Virus record (IMG/VR): IMGVR_UViG_3300030372_003259
Span: 1 to 32,713 of that record
Source of the DNA: a virus
Taxonomy: Duplodnaviria; Caudoviricetes
DNA length: 32,713 nucleotides
Direction: 5' to 3' (one strand)
Positions 1-10,957 of the stretch are shown piece after piece. The notes below the pieces were generated by a model. It was not told the DNA's origin. It saw only the letters and a list, made by a program, of their open reading frames with translations, and ran no database searches. The translations under genes and the position numbers were made by a program. Numbering within the stretch: position 1 is the first letter of the stretch; every line of letters begins with the position of its first letter.

Positions 1-864
1 ATTATCGTCAAATTCTTTTGAATGTTTAATAGCAAAAGCAGTAGATGCTGCATCAAGTATTTCATCTGTAACTCTTATACCACTACCTTCTAATGCATCT
101 TCCATTAATTGAACAAACTCATCATCAGTTGGATAATTTTTAATAGCTTGTTGAAATAACTCACCCTCAATTTGTTTTTTCTTAGCTTCAGTTTCTTTTT
201 CTTTTAAAAACTCAGTATCTTTAACATATTGTTCTACACCAAAGTTAAAAATTTTACGTTGCATATCGTATTCATCATCTTCTTGAGATAAGAAAAATTT
301 AAGTGGAGGTTTTTTTTCTAAGTCTTTATATTCAGGACTATTAGGTGTAACACTAAAATTAGCATCTGTGTAATCCATAATTTCTTGTACAACACCCATA
401 AGTAAATCGCTATATTGTCCTCTAGTATTATCAAATGTTCCTTTAGGAACTACACCAGAATTTTCTAAGTATGCTTGAAATGCTATTATTTCATCTACAG
501 AATTTGCATCATCTATAATTCCTGATATTGGAAAATCAGCAAAATGTGTTTCAAAGTTTTCAAAACCAACTGAATTACCATTTTCATCATAACTTGTAAC
601 TTTTCTACCATCGTCACTACCAGAACCAATCATAAGTGGTAAATATTCTCCAAGAATCATCATTACATTTACACCGTTATTTTCTAAGAAATCAGTAGTC
701 ATATCATTTTTAAACTTCTCAGCACTAGTTGAATCTAACAATTCCATATATTGCATAATGTTTGCTTGTTGTTGAGGATTTAATTGATTAAATAATACGT
801 CTTCTTCTGCTGGAGCGTTTTCGTCAGTTATATTTTCTGATTTTTTTAAATTTCCTGTTACCAT
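1..864 (-). CDS. Hypothetical virion-associated protein, runs off the window edge (up to 288 codons visible, begins MVTGNLKKSENITDEN)
   Basis: ATG at 864-862 overlaps the stop of the 1933-aa ORF (TAATG). The frame is open at both ends that I translated. Absent from the ORF track, consistent with no stop codon in the window. Confidence 0.8.
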   Translation of the reverse strand, partial: MVTGNLKKSENITDENAPAEEDVLFNQLNPQQQANIMQYMELLDSTSAEKFKNDMTTDFLENNGVNVMMILGEYLPLMIGSGSDDGRKVTSYDENGNSVGFENFETHFADFPISGIIDDANSVDEIIAFQAYLENSGVVPKGTFDNTRGQYSDLLMGVVQEIMDYTDANFSVTPNSPEYKDLEKKPPLKFFLSQEDDEYDMQRKIFNFGVEQYVKDTEFLKEKETEAKKKQIEGELFQQAIKNYPTDDEFVQLMEDALEGSGIRVTDEILDAASTAFAIKHSKEFDDN

Positions 865-3800
865 TATTTTCCTAAACTAGCACCAAATGCAAGTGCTTCA
901 CTATCATCTCTAAACAATCTTAACATAACTCCGAGCCAGACATAGTAAAAATCAGGATGTTCTTCTGCTACTTGCATAGCCATTTGATGTGCAATAATTC
1001 TCATATATCGTGCTTCATCTTGTGTAGATGACAACCACCAATCAGGGTTAGCATTTGTTGAACGTTTCATTGATTCTGCTTCAAATCCTTGCCATATAGG
1101 CCAAAACATTGCAAATCCTTTACCAGCATCAGTAGTTAAAGCAAAACTACCTTCTTTTAACCATTCTTTTTCCATTTCAGCTATAATATCTTTTGCTTTT
1201 ACAGCTGTAGTAATACCATATGTTTGACTTTGAAAACCTGGATAATCCATAATTAATTGATTTCTCATTAATCTTTTCATTAATACTTTTTGGTCACTAT
1301 CAAAACTTTCATTTGCTTCTACTTTTTCGCTAAATGCAGCATATCTATAATATGCAACAGTATCATTGACACTTCTACGATATTGGTCTGGATTTAACAT
1401 AATTGATTCATTATATAAATCAGAATAACTTCTATCGTCTAATGGGTTATCTGGTAATAAAAAGAATCCACTTAAAGTGTAAGGTTCTAGTTTGTCTGCA
1501 TTTTCTTTTTGCCATTCTTGTACTCTTTCTGTAATAGAACGTCTACCTGCAATAGATACAGATTTACCAGAAGTTAACCAACCGTGGTCATATCCAAAAT
1601 CTCTTAAAAATTGTTCTGCAGCTGCTACGTCATTTTGATTTAATTCTTCTCTAATTTTTCTATATTCATCAGCAAGTATTTGTGAAGACCATAACTTACC
1701 TTGTTCATCTTCTGCGTAATATATAGGTTTAAAACCTACAGGTCCAATAAATTGTGCTAATGCTCTAAAACCAAACAAAGCAGTTGCTTTTTTATTAGAG
1801 TATTCTAGAAAAGCTTCATCAATATCTGATTTAGTAAGTAATGATGGATTATAATCTTTACCATATTTTTCTTCATAAAACTTGTCTAATTTACCAGCTT
1901 TATGTAATCTCATATTTTCGCCTGTTAACATACCATATCTATATATATCAATAGTTGTAGATGCACGCATTTGTGCTAATTCGCTTTTGTATATATCTGT
2001 ACCAAAATCATCTATATCATCTCCTAAACCTTGTATGTATGCACCAAATTTTTTCATCCAAGGTGCTTTAGGAATAATTACATCTTTTATAGTAGGAGGT
2101 GAAAACTCACCAAAAAATGTTTCTCTAAGTTCTCTACCATATCCATACTTAGGTAACACTTTATCTAATGCAAAAGCAACATATGGGTTAGGTCCAGGTA
2201 CAAATCCTTGTCCTAATAAGTTAATACCAGTAACATAACTTTTAGCTCTAACCTCTGTTTTTCTATCTTTACCATAAATTAATGAACCTAAAAATCCACT
2301 AAATGGATGTACAAACAATTCATTATCAGGATTAGTAGGGTCAGGTGCAAAAAATGCATCATTTTGAAATTCTCCGCTATCTAATCCTCTAGCTCCTTTA
2401 ACTGTTAAATAACCTTTTCTAATTAAATAAGGATTGTTAGCAAGTAACTTACTCCATGTAGTTGCAAGTTCAAACCATACTTCAGGGAAAGGAAATATGT
2501 TTCTAGTTACATCAGATAACATATGTCGTCTAGATGTATCATACAATAAGTTTTTAGTACCAGCTAATCCATATGCTCTTGCATTTACATCAGCTACTCT
2601 AAAATTATCTATTTTTCCAGATGCTGTTGCATTTCTAGCATCTCTCATATCTGCAATTACTTTTTTAGGTACACCTAAATTTTCTGCTTCTCTAATAAAT
2701 TCATCTCTTACTTTAAAAGAATAATTCTCAAAGTTTTCAATTATGTGTGCCATTCTAAATTGTTTAAAAGCTACAGACCTAGATAGATATGCATTAGGTT
2801 TTCTCATTAAATATTCAAAACCTATGTTTATTACTTCATCCATAGATTCTCCCCATCTAGCTAAAACTTTCATATCTTTTCTTTTTATAATATCTTCAGA
2901 TACTTTTACAGCACCTAAATCTAAATCTAAACCTTTTTTGTTAACATACTTAACTAATTCGCTATCTATGTCAGATAATGTAGTTTTTCCAGTAGGACTA
3001 TATTTTTTAGCAATTCTTTTATTTAAATCTTCTAAGAAACTAATACCTTCACCTGTTTGTCCAACATCATCATATCTGTATAGTTTGCCTGTTGTAATAG
3101 CATCTCTTAGGTTTTTGTTACCAGTGTCAGCATTAGCTTTAGATAAATTGTATCTGTATTGTTTAGTAGCTTCATCATAAAAATACTCAGTACCTTTTTC
3201 TACTTTGCCACCAGTTTTAATACGTATACGTGCTTCAACTGATTGTAAGTATTGGTCTATAAAATCATCATCATTTAATATTTTTTTAAATCTACCACCA
3301 CCCATTTCAACTAATTCTTTTCTAGCTGCAGCACCTTCTTTAGACACAATCCATTTATTTAAATTATCACTACCATATCCAAATTCAGATACTTTTCTTG
3401 CTATAGCATCACTTCTTAATAGCATTAACTCAAACCTTACAGCTTCTGCATAATCGTTCATATTTGTTACAAGGTCGCCTTTTCCTATTTCATTTTTTGT
3501 ACGCATAACGTATTTAATGTTTTTGTTTTTTAAACTGCTTCTACCTTGTAAGCCAGCAAGTGAAAATGTTTGTTGTTTTGCTGCTAAATGTTGATAAGAA
3601 TCTAATAATTTGTTTTCATCAATACCACCACGTCTAACAACTTTAGCTAATTTACCTTCTTGTCCTAGTGTTGCCCATTGTAAATAATGTACAGGATGTG
3701 TAAAAAACGAATCTAAATGTCCTGCAGCAAATCTCATTTGTTCTTCTAAAAATACACGTGTAAAGAAAGCTGCTCTAAGTAATACAGCAGGTTTAAATAT

Positions 3801-6665
3801 GCTACGATTGTAAAAATCAAGTACCATAGTTATAGCATCTTCAGCTAAATCATCTACAGGTAATGTCTTTAATTTAGTTGTACCATCTTCTAGTATTTCA
3901 TAAAAAGGATTTTGTCCACCTTTTTTTGCATATTCACTACTAAATGGATTTATATATTTAGTTACAAAATTTTTAGTATCTTTTAAAGGTCTAGTAAAAG
4001 TTTCAGTCATAGATGTCATATCATCATAATGTGTAAACAATGGTGACATAGCACGTTTCATTAAATTGTAATCTGTTAATTGTACAGCTGTATCAGCCAT
4101 TTCTGACATTAAATGTGCAGAAGGTATAATTACAGTTCTATCTACACCATCAATACCTTTGTAAGTCATTTTTTCTAAACCTTCTGGTAAGTTACCTGCA
4201 AATGACATATTTTCACCCATTTCATCAATAAACATTATGAAACGTTTTTCTTCACGTTTTGTATAATTTTCTAGTGATTTTGCAATTAATTCGTGCTTAC
4301 CACCCATTTCATGTACATGTACGTAATCTCTTACTCTTTGTTCGTATGCAAATTTACGTACTTCTCTATGGTCAGAATATTTTAATTTAGCAAATTGTTC
4401 TAATATTGCATCAGCGTATTCTTCTTTGTAACCAGTAGCTTGTAAATGTGCAAACAACTGGTCATACGCTGCTTCAAAGTTTCTTAATGGTAATCCCATA
4501 TCAGGTATTAATCCCATCATTCTCATTTGTGATGGAGTTCTACCTGCGTTAAATACAGAGTTAAAACCTAATAACTTTTCATATTTTTTATCTGTAACGT
4601 TTATTACTTCTTGTACATTAGATTTTGCAGTTATAATACTTTCTATAATTGCTTCTTTTTTAGGAAAATAATCTCCCCAAGCAGAAGTACCATCAATCAT
4701 TTTTGCATTACGTCCTAAAGGTTTTAATACGTTTAATATTTTTATATTGTTGTTTTTTCTTAACGGTGTTAATCCAATATTTAAACCTTGACCCAAATAA
4801 CTTCTAGCACTTCTAAATGCAGCATTTTCATTACCTACTGCAGATATACCTTTACCTAATAATTGCTTAGCAACATTGTCAGATGCTTGTAATTTTTTAC
4901 CAGTTTTAGCAGTACCAATTAAAAACTTATTTAAAGCAAAAGATGCTACTTTAGGCATTTCAGAAAGTTGGTCAAATTGATTACCTATCTGTATACCTTC
5001 ATCAAGTAACTGTCCAAACATTTCTTTAATTTTTGCTGGATTTTTTTCTTTAACTAATTTTTCTATAACTCTACCGTTAATACCTCTAAAAAATGGATTA
5101 GCTTTTAATACAAATCTATTAGTTTCTTGTGCAATAGATACATACAATTGTTCCATAAACGGTGTACTTAAAAACTCATCTTTTGTTTGTCTAAAGAATT
5201 TAGGTACACGTTCACCAAAAAAACCATATTCTTTAATTTGTTTGTTAGTAGCTTTATAAACTACTTTTGTATTTTGTAATTCTTTTAATGATGCATTTTT
5301 AGTTAATTTTGCAGCTTCTAAACCATCCTCTAATTTATCTTTTTCGAATTGTCTATAAATTTGTTTTCTAATAGCTTTTTCATTTAACTCAACGCGTTTG
5401 CCTGTAGATATAATCTCACCTGTTTTTTGGTCAAGAAGTTTATTAACACGTCTTAAATTTTTAAATTGATTCATTCCTGCTTTAACACCTTTATCAGCAA
5501 ATAATTCAGGTATTAATGAATAAACAAAGTCTATACTTCCACTTAAATTATTATAAGCTTTTGTACCAGGTGCATATACAGTTGCTGCTTGATATCTACC
5601 AGGTGAATAAGGTTGCAGCATATTTAAACCTTCTTCAGTTCTTAATACATCTTCTGATGAATAAACGTATCCTTTTTTCCTACGTTCAGCAAAAAAGTTA
5701 ATTTTGTTTGGTTTTTCTGAACTTAAATAATTTATCTCACCAGGTTTATCTTCAGGTGCAATAGGGTCACCAATGTATTTATATATTAATTCTTTAGCCT
5801 GAGCGTCTGTATAACCATAAATATTTGTTAAATCATGGTATTGAGGCATATTTTCTACATCAATTGTTTTAAAAATAAAACCATTACTACGGTCATAGTT
5901 AATAGGTTCGCCAGCTGCAGACTTTTTACGCATAGCACTATATATTGTTTCTCCACCCATTTCTCTAGATTCTTTGAATATATCTATATATTTAGATATA
6001 AAACCACCTGGACCAACATCTTTACCAAAATTTCTAATAGATTCTATTTCTGTTGGGCTAACATCAATAGCTAGATTACCTCTTGCTTCAGTTGGGTCTA
6101 CACCTTCTCTTATTAATTTGTCGTATGCCCACAAAGATTGCATATATCGCCAAACTCTACCTGATGAAACAGATGTTGTAATAGTATTTATTTTTCTTCC
6201 ATCTTCTGTAGTAATTACTTCTAAAGGAAATAACCCTGCTGCGTCAGGTAATGGGTTATATTTTTTAATATTTTCTATACCAGCACTTAATGCTTCCATA
6301 AACCATACTCCGTATTGTGTATCACCTTTAAGTAAGTTACCTAGTGTAAAAGTCATATCATCAACGTATTCTTCACTTTGATACTTTTCAGTCATGTGCT
6401 CCCATATTTCAGCTTCTTTTTTGCTAAATGTTTCATACATTTGAGAATTAATTTCTTTTAATCTATCTGAATTAGGGTCTTCACGTAACATAGCAGCAGA
6501 CATAACTACCCCTTTAGGTAACATAGGGTTTTCTTCTGTTATTCCAATAACTAAGTTTTGTAACTCAGGGTCGTTAGCTAGTTGTGCTTTATATGTTTTA
6601 AATAACCTATTTTGTCTAGATTTAATAGATGTAAAATCTTTTTCAAAAAAATAATCTGCAAACAC
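864..6665 (-). CDS. Very large (1933 aa) putative internal virion / DNA-ejection protein
   Basis: Long ORF just downstream of the portal, TAATG-coupled on both sides. Size and position resemble podovirus ejection proteins. No catalytic motif recognised. Confidence 0.6.
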   Translation of the reverse strand: MFADYFFEKDFTSIKSRQNRLFKTYKAQLANDPELQNLVIGITEENPMLPKGVVMSAAMLREDPNSDRLKEINSQMYETFSKKEAEIWEHMTEKYQSEEYVDDMTFTLGNLLKGDTQYGVWFMEALSAGIENIKKYNPLPDAAGLFPLEVITTEDGRKINTITTSVSSGRVWRYMQSLWAYDKLIREGVDPTEARGNLAIDVSPTEIESIRNFGKDVGPGGFISKYIDIFKESREMGGETIYSAMRKKSAAGEPINYDRSNGFIFKTIDVENMPQYHDLTNIYGYTDAQAKELIYKYIGDPIAPEDKPGEINYLSSEKPNKINFFAERRKKGYVYSSEDVLRTEEGLNMLQPYSPGRYQAATVYAPGTKAYNNLSGSIDFVYSLIPELFADKGVKAGMNQFKNLRRVNKLLDQKTGEIISTGKRVELNEKAIRKQIYRQFEKDKLEDGLEAAKLTKNASLKELQNTKVVYKATNKQIKEYGFFGERVPKFFRQTKDEFLSTPFMEQLYVSIAQETNRFVLKANPFFRGINGRVIEKLVKEKNPAKIKEMFGQLLDEGIQIGNQFDQLSEMPKVASFALNKFLIGTAKTGKKLQASDNVAKQLLGKGISAVGNENAAFRSARSYLGQGLNIGLTPLRKNNNIKILNVLKPLGRNAKMIDGTSAWGDYFPKKEAIIESIITAKSNVQEVINVTDKKYEKLLGFNSVFNAGRTPSQMRMMGLIPDMGLPLRNFEAAYDQLFAHLQATGYKEEYADAILEQFAKLKYSDHREVRKFAYEQRVRDYVHVHEMGGKHELIAKSLENYTKREEKRFIMFIDEMGENMSFAGNLPEGLEKMTYKGIDGVDRTVIIPSAHLMSEMADTAVQLTDYNLMKRAMSPLFTHYDDMTSMTETFTRPLKDTKNFVTKYINPFSSEYAKKGGQNPFYEILEDGTTKLKTLPVDDLAEDAITMVLDFYNRSIFKPAVLLRAAFFTRVFLEEQMRFAAGHLDSFFTHPVHYLQWATLGQEGKLAKVVRRGGIDENKLLDSYQHLAAKQQTFSLAGLQGRSSLKNKNIKYVMRTKNEIGKGDLVTNMNDYAEAVRFELMLLRSDAIARKVSEFGYGSDNLNKWIVSKEGAAARKELVEMGGGRFKKILNDDDFIDQYLQSVEARIRIKTGGKVEKGTEYFYDEATKQYRYNLSKANADTGNKNLRDAITTGKLYRYDDVGQTGEGISFLEDLNKRIAKKYSPTGKTTLSDIDSELVKYVNKKGLDLDLGAVKVSEDIIKRKDMKVLARWGESMDEVINIGFEYLMRKPNAYLSRSVAFKQFRMAHIIENFENYSFKVRDEFIREAENLGVPKKVIADMRDARNATASGKIDNFRVADVNARAYGLAGTKNLLYDTSRRHMLSDVTRNIFPFPEVWFELATTWSKLLANNPYLIRKGYLTVKGARGLDSGEFQNDAFFAPDPTNPDNELFVHPFSGFLGSLIYGKDRKTEVRAKSYVTGINLLGQGFVPGPNPYVAFALDKVLPKYGYGRELRETFFGEFSPPTIKDVIIPKAPWMKKFGAYIQGLGDDIDDFGTDIYKSELAQMRASTTIDIYRYGMLTGENMRLHKAGKLDKFYEEKYGKDYNPSLLTKSDIDEAFLEYSNKKATALFGFRALAQFIGPVGFKPIYYAEDEQGKLWSSQILADEYRKIREELNQNDVAAAEQFLRDFGYDHGWLTSGKSVSIAGRRSITERVQEWQKENADKLEPYTLSGFFLLPDNPLDDRSYSDLYNESIMLNPDQYRRSVNDTVAYYRYAAFSEKVEANESFDSDQKVLMKRLMRNQLIMDYPGFQSQTYGITTAVKAKDIIAEMEKEWLKEGSFALTTDAGKGFAMFWPIWQGFEAESMKRSTNANPDWWLSSTQDEARYMRIIAHQMAMQVAEEHPDFYYVWLGVMLRLFRDDSEALAFGASLGK

Positions 6666-7063
6666 TATTCATTACCAGAATTTAGTAATTCAGCAATAGC
6701 TGGATGCGGATTTATAGAATACAAAGCTGCTAAAAATACATTAACGTCACTATTGCCTTCTACAGGAAAACTACCTTCTCCAATAGGTACACCTTCAGTT
6801 ACTGGTTCACCTGGTCTATCAGTAGGTGCAAATACATTAGGTCTAACACCAGTAGGTTGTACTGATTGAGGTGATAATCCTTGTTGTACAGGTAAAGGTG
6901 CAGCTTTTTGCTGGTCCATTAATTGTTTACCTTCACCGTATTCTTGTCCTGGTATACGTCTTAAAGGTTGTTTTTTACTTGCTGGACCACCATCTGTTCT
7001 GTTACCACCTACAGGTGCAGGATTTTTAGGTTGTCTATATCCACCACGTCTATTCTTTACCAT
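6665..7063 (-). CDS. Hypothetical Pro/Gly-rich protein following the portal (132 aa)
   Basis: ORF track; GGAG RBS upstream; coupled to the next gene. Confidence 0.8.
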   Translation of the reverse strand: MVKNRRGGYRQPKNPAPVGGNRTDGGPASKKQPLRRIPGQEYGEGKQLMDQQKAAPLPVQQGLSPQSVQPTGVRPNVFAPTDRPGEPVTEGVPIGEGSFPVEGNSDVNVFLAALYSINPHPAIAELLNSGNE

Positions 7064-7253
7064 AAAACTCCCTAGTAATAATTACTATAATACCTCGCAT
7101 AGGTGTAATAATTTCTTCTACACCTTCAGATAATATATCTAATTCATCTGTTACACCGAATTCTTGATACACCATATCCCAAAAACTTGTATCATAATGT
7201 TCTTGCATCTTATAATCCAAAAGCTTGTGCCATTCCAGGAACACCGCCACCAC
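7050..7253 (-). CDS. Small hypothetical protein (true start probably MQEHY at 7208)
   Basis: Fills the gap between the portal and the 132-aa gene on the coding strand. Confidence 0.55.
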   Translation of the reverse strand: MVAVFLEWHKLLDYKMQEHYDTSFWDMVYQEFGVTDELDILSEGVEEIITPMRGIIVIITREFYGKE

Positions 7254-8991
7254 CCATCTGCTGTTGCATCATTTGTTGTTGTATCATAGCTTCTTCTTCA
7301 GGTGACATCTGTGGCTCTTGTGGAGTATAGAACTGCTTCATAATATCTGTAATTGAAGAAGGATACTCGTAAATAGCTATTGCAGCCATTGTAGCTGCAG
7401 GGTCACCTTGTGCAGACCTTGCTAATATACTGTCAAACAATACTTGTTCAGCTTTGTTTTTTCTTATACGTTCTTGTACTTTTGCTATATTTTCTAAACC
7501 ATCAATGTTATCTTGTAAAGTTTCTACGTCTATAACACCTGCTTGTAATAATTGCAACCCAGTTACAATTTTTTGTGGTTCATCAAAACCAGCCATAACA
7601 CCGTAAATACGTCTTGTAGTAAAGTCACCGCCTATATCTTGTAACACGTTATAGTTTTCAGAAAATGCAGAACCATTTAAATAACCTGCCATAGGTTTTT
7701 TAGTTATTCCTTGTGTATAAGACATAACTACATCTAGTTCTAATCTTTTAGCATCCATATCTACTAAACCGTGTTTGATTATTTCTCTATATTCATTAAT
7801 CATTAATGACATAGTGCTGTTAAGTTCAGACAAACCTGCACCAGTAACAAAAGAGTTAGGTGACTGTGAGTCATCTGTAACAGGGTAACCACCTACCATA
7901 CGCAACTGTCTTTCCAACCTATCTATTTGTTGGAACAATTGATACGGCATATTATTCATTGGTTTAGAAACTTGTGTACCAGGAGCTAGATAATTAACCG
8001 CAAATCTGCCTTTTCTGTATTGTCCGGATTCTATCTCTCCTGATATGTTAGTTTCTGTAAACACAGAATCTTCCATTGCAATTGCAGACATTATGTTAAT
8101 TTTTGCCATCATAGCCATTAGTCCTATAACGTGGTCATATTGACCTTTAAGTTGGTCGAAAGAAACTCTTTTCATAAATACAAATGGAGGAGTAGACAAT
8201 ACGTTAGGTATAAAATCAAGTATCATGTTTCGTTCTGGAAACACTACATAAGTACCACCCATGTCATAGTATTCAATAATTCTTACACCAGAGTATGTAT
8301 TATCTTCCCAGTTTTGTTCTCTATTGTTTTCATATGAAAGAAAAGGTGTAGCAGTATCAGTTTGTGTATCACCTTCATCATCATCTTGTTTTAAAATTTG
8401 GTCTGCAAACTCAGGATATATCTGTGCAAGTTTATATCTAGGTATTCTTCTAATAACAGCCATTTCTCTTGGTTGTTGGTCAGGACCAAAGTTACCTGGG
8501 AAAGTATCATAAGGGTCACGTAGTTCAGCACTAGGATAAAAATAACCGTTCTTATCTCTTTTAGTAGTTATTACAAATGCACAAAAACCATAGCCAGGTA
8601 ACCACCTAGCTGCTTGTGCTAATTGTAAAGAAAGGTTTTGTTTGTCATCTAAGTTAGTAACAATACGTTCTAGTTTTTCTGCACGTACTTTACTTCTATT
8701 TGAATCATTATCGTTAGGTACATCTACTCTAACTTGAGGTATTCCAGATATTTTTTGTGCAAGTCTATCTATACCAGATTGCAACATGTTAGGAGCTGGT
8801 AATAAATCAGCATCACTAGTTTCCATTGTGTTACCTAGTAAAGCTTTAATACCATCTGACCCACCATTAAGAATTGCTTTTATTCTAGCTTTCTGTACTT
8901 GTCGTTCTTGTACTAATTTACCAGATGTAAGTTCAGCAGCATTCTTTACTATCTCTTGATAGGTTTTAACATCTAAATTTTCTATGCCCAT
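7210..8991 (-). CDS. Portal (head-tail connector) protein, 593 aa
   Basis: Immediately follows the terminase. Size and Gln/Met/Gly-rich C-terminal tail are typical of P22/T7-type portals. Confidence 0.8.
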   Translation of the reverse strand: MGIENLDVKTYQEIVKNAAELTSGKLVQERQVQKARIKAILNGGSDGIKALLGNTMETSDADLLPAPNMLQSGIDRLAQKISGIPQVRVDVPNDNDSNRSKVRAEKLERIVTNLDDKQNLSLQLAQAARWLPGYGFCAFVITTKRDKNGYFYPSAELRDPYDTFPGNFGPDQQPREMAVIRRIPRYKLAQIYPEFADQILKQDDDEGDTQTDTATPFLSYENNREQNWEDNTYSGVRIIEYYDMGGTYVVFPERNMILDFIPNVLSTPPFVFMKRVSFDQLKGQYDHVIGLMAMMAKINIMSAIAMEDSVFTETNISGEIESGQYRKGRFAVNYLAPGTQVSKPMNNMPYQLFQQIDRLERQLRMVGGYPVTDDSQSPNSFVTGAGLSELNSTMSLMINEYREIIKHGLVDMDAKRLELDVVMSYTQGITKKPMAGYLNGSAFSENYNVLQDIGGDFTTRRIYGVMAGFDEPQKIVTGLQLLQAGVIDVETLQDNIDGLENIAKVQERIRKNKAEQVLFDSILARSAQGDPAATMAAIAIYEYPSSITDIMKQFYTPQEPQMSPEEEAMIQQQMMQQQMGGGGVPGMAQAFGL

Positions 8992-10904
8992 GGTGCTTCG
9001 TTCATATCTGTCATTTTATAATCTCCATAACTAGGATTATAATCTAATCCTAAATCAGCAGCATGCTCTTTTTGCATACGCCTAAAAACTTTCATTGGAA
9101 ACCAACTAGCCATAACTATGTCAGTCTTCTCTTTGTTTCTTTTAGAAACAGGTTTTCCATCAAAGTATAACAGTTGTTGCCTATATTTCTGTACTTTAGC
9201 GTTAGATTCTCCATCACCAGTAGGTAGATGTATTCTTCTATCTTCAAACAAATCAGCCATAGCTCCAACACCATACAATGGGTCATGTTTGTTTTTACCT
9301 GTCATATGACCTTGTACAGTTATACCAGTACGTAATGTAAATTCTTTTATTTGTGAATCTTGTCGTATAGCAGTTTGAAATCCGTTTTCTTCTACTATCC
9401 AATGTCTACAATCGTAATCGTGTAACCATACGGCCATTTGGTCTAATGCTGCTCTAATACCTCCACCTCGCTTATTTTCAAGGTCTACAAGGTACAACTC
9501 ACCTCTGTACTGGTCTATACCCCACAATACACTTGCTTGGTAGCCACTTGATGCAGGGTCTAGTCCAGCAACTAAATACAAATTTTTATATACTTGACCT
9601 AGTACTAAGTCTGGTCTAAAACATTGGTCAATAATATTCATAGTAAATATTTGTGTACCTTCTACATATGCTTGATTGTAATAAACCATTTCGAAAGTTT
9701 GTCTACCACCTGTTGACTCAGCAGAGTGCAACCTAGACATTAACCATTTGTAAGTTCTTTTACCTGGCCATAACATACAATCAATATGTTCATCTTCTAA
9801 ATGTTCTGGTATTTGACACTCCATAGCATGTGCTGTTTCTACTATGCTTGTAAAGTTATCTGATTCAAGTAAATGATTATATAAATCATCAGGGTGCTGT
9901 CTTGACCCAATTACTACTACAGCAGTATGTTCCTCTTTACGACTTGATAATGTTGTAGTCCACCATTGTCTTGTACTTTCTCTTGCACCAGGTTGCATAG
10001 TAGTTTGATGGTCTTCAATGTCGTCAGCAATAATAATATCGCAGTCACGAGATAATATCTTTCCACCTTTACCTACAGCAACCATAGTAGGTGACTTAAT
10101 ACCTGCAACAGTTCTAGTACCTACAGTAAATTGATTTTGTGACCAGTTCTTACCTGACCTGTTATCTGGTTTAAAACTTGTACCAGGCATACAAAAGTCA
10201 TCTCTCAATTCTTCATTAGTATCTAATACATCAAGTACAGCAGATAATGCATTCTTAGCAATGTCTTCATTACCACCCACCCACATAATTCTTACGTTAG
10301 GGTTTTTGCATATTTGATATACAGCAAAGTGTATTAACAGTTCAGTCTTTCCATGTCGTGGGGGTGACAGTATTAATAACTCTTTACCATTTTCTATACT
10401 GTCAATAATGTTATTAATCCAGTTCTTATGAAAATCCGCGGTGTCATATACTTCTCCTAGTTCAGTTCTAAAATAGCGTTGTCGGAAGCTCGAAAAATTT
10501 TCTAATGAGTCTTTTGCATCTTGTGATAGTTCCCAATCTTCTGCAGCTACTTCGTTTCTAGTATCTATTTTGTAGGCAGCAAGCATGCGACTGACAGTAG
10601 CTGAAGTGCAACCAAGGAGGGAAGCTGCGTCAACTACTGTCATATCGCCAGTGGCCACTTGTTCAGCTATTCCTTCGCTTACGAAAGCTCGGTAATACTG
10701 TCCGCGCCTAACGGAAGCGTAGTCGCCCTCGTCAGACTTACGTTCTATATTAATAGGTTTTATGTCATCTTGCTTGTTATATATATTATCACGTGCAAAT
10801 TGTCGTTTCTGACACTTAGGAGAACAGAATTTACGTTGTTTACCTTTTAATTTTTTCCTGCAACCCTCTGCTATACAGATTACATTTACGGGTGTATCTA
10901 CCAT
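8982..10904 (-). CDS. terL: Terminase large subunit with N-terminal Cys-cluster and HTH extension
   Basis: Walker A PPRHGKT, Walker B IIIADD, motif III-like GSR, RNase H-like nuclease GLDPAS and C-terminal TDIVMA. Confidence 0.93.
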   Translation of the reverse strand: MVDTPVNVICIAEGCRKKLKGKQRKFCSPKCQKRQFARDNIYNKQDDIKPINIERKSDEGDYASVRRGQYYRAFVSEGIAEQVATGDMTVVDAASLLGCTSATVSRMLAAYKIDTRNEVAAEDWELSQDAKDSLENFSSFRQRYFRTELGEVYDTADFHKNWINNIIDSIENGKELLILSPPRHGKTELLIHFAVYQICKNPNVRIMWVGGNEDIAKNALSAVLDVLDTNEELRDDFCMPGTSFKPDNRSGKNWSQNQFTVGTRTVAGIKSPTMVAVGKGGKILSRDCDIIIADDIEDHQTTMQPGARESTRQWWTTTLSSRKEEHTAVVVIGSRQHPDDLYNHLLESDNFTSIVETAHAMECQIPEHLEDEHIDCMLWPGKRTYKWLMSRLHSAESTGGRQTFEMVYYNQAYVEGTQIFTMNIIDQCFRPDLVLGQVYKNLYLVAGLDPASSGYQASVLWGIDQYRGELYLVDLENKRGGGIRAALDQMAVWLHDYDCRHWIVEENGFQTAIRQDSQIKEFTLRTGITVQGHMTGKNKHDPLYGVGAMADLFEDRRIHLPTGDGESNAKVQKYRQQLLYFDGKPVSKRNKEKTDIVMASWFPMKVFRRMQKEHAADLGLDYNPSYGDYKMTDMNEAPWA

Positions 10905-10929
10905 TAATTAACTATCTTTCATTAGATGT

Positions 10930-10957
10930 TTGTATAGTGAGAATTATATGCTATAGT
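10930..10957 (+). promoter_or_regulatory. Extended -10 promoter facing right, upstream of the putative ncRNA
   Basis: TTGTAT (10930-10935), 16-nt spacer ending in TGc, TATAGT (10952-10957). Confidence 0.5.

Noticed and set aside
1882-6869. Plus-strand ORFs of 61-145 aa opposite the 1933-aa and 132-aa genes
   Set aside because: Antisense shadows of long genes; Ser/Leu/Phe-rich composition and no RBS.
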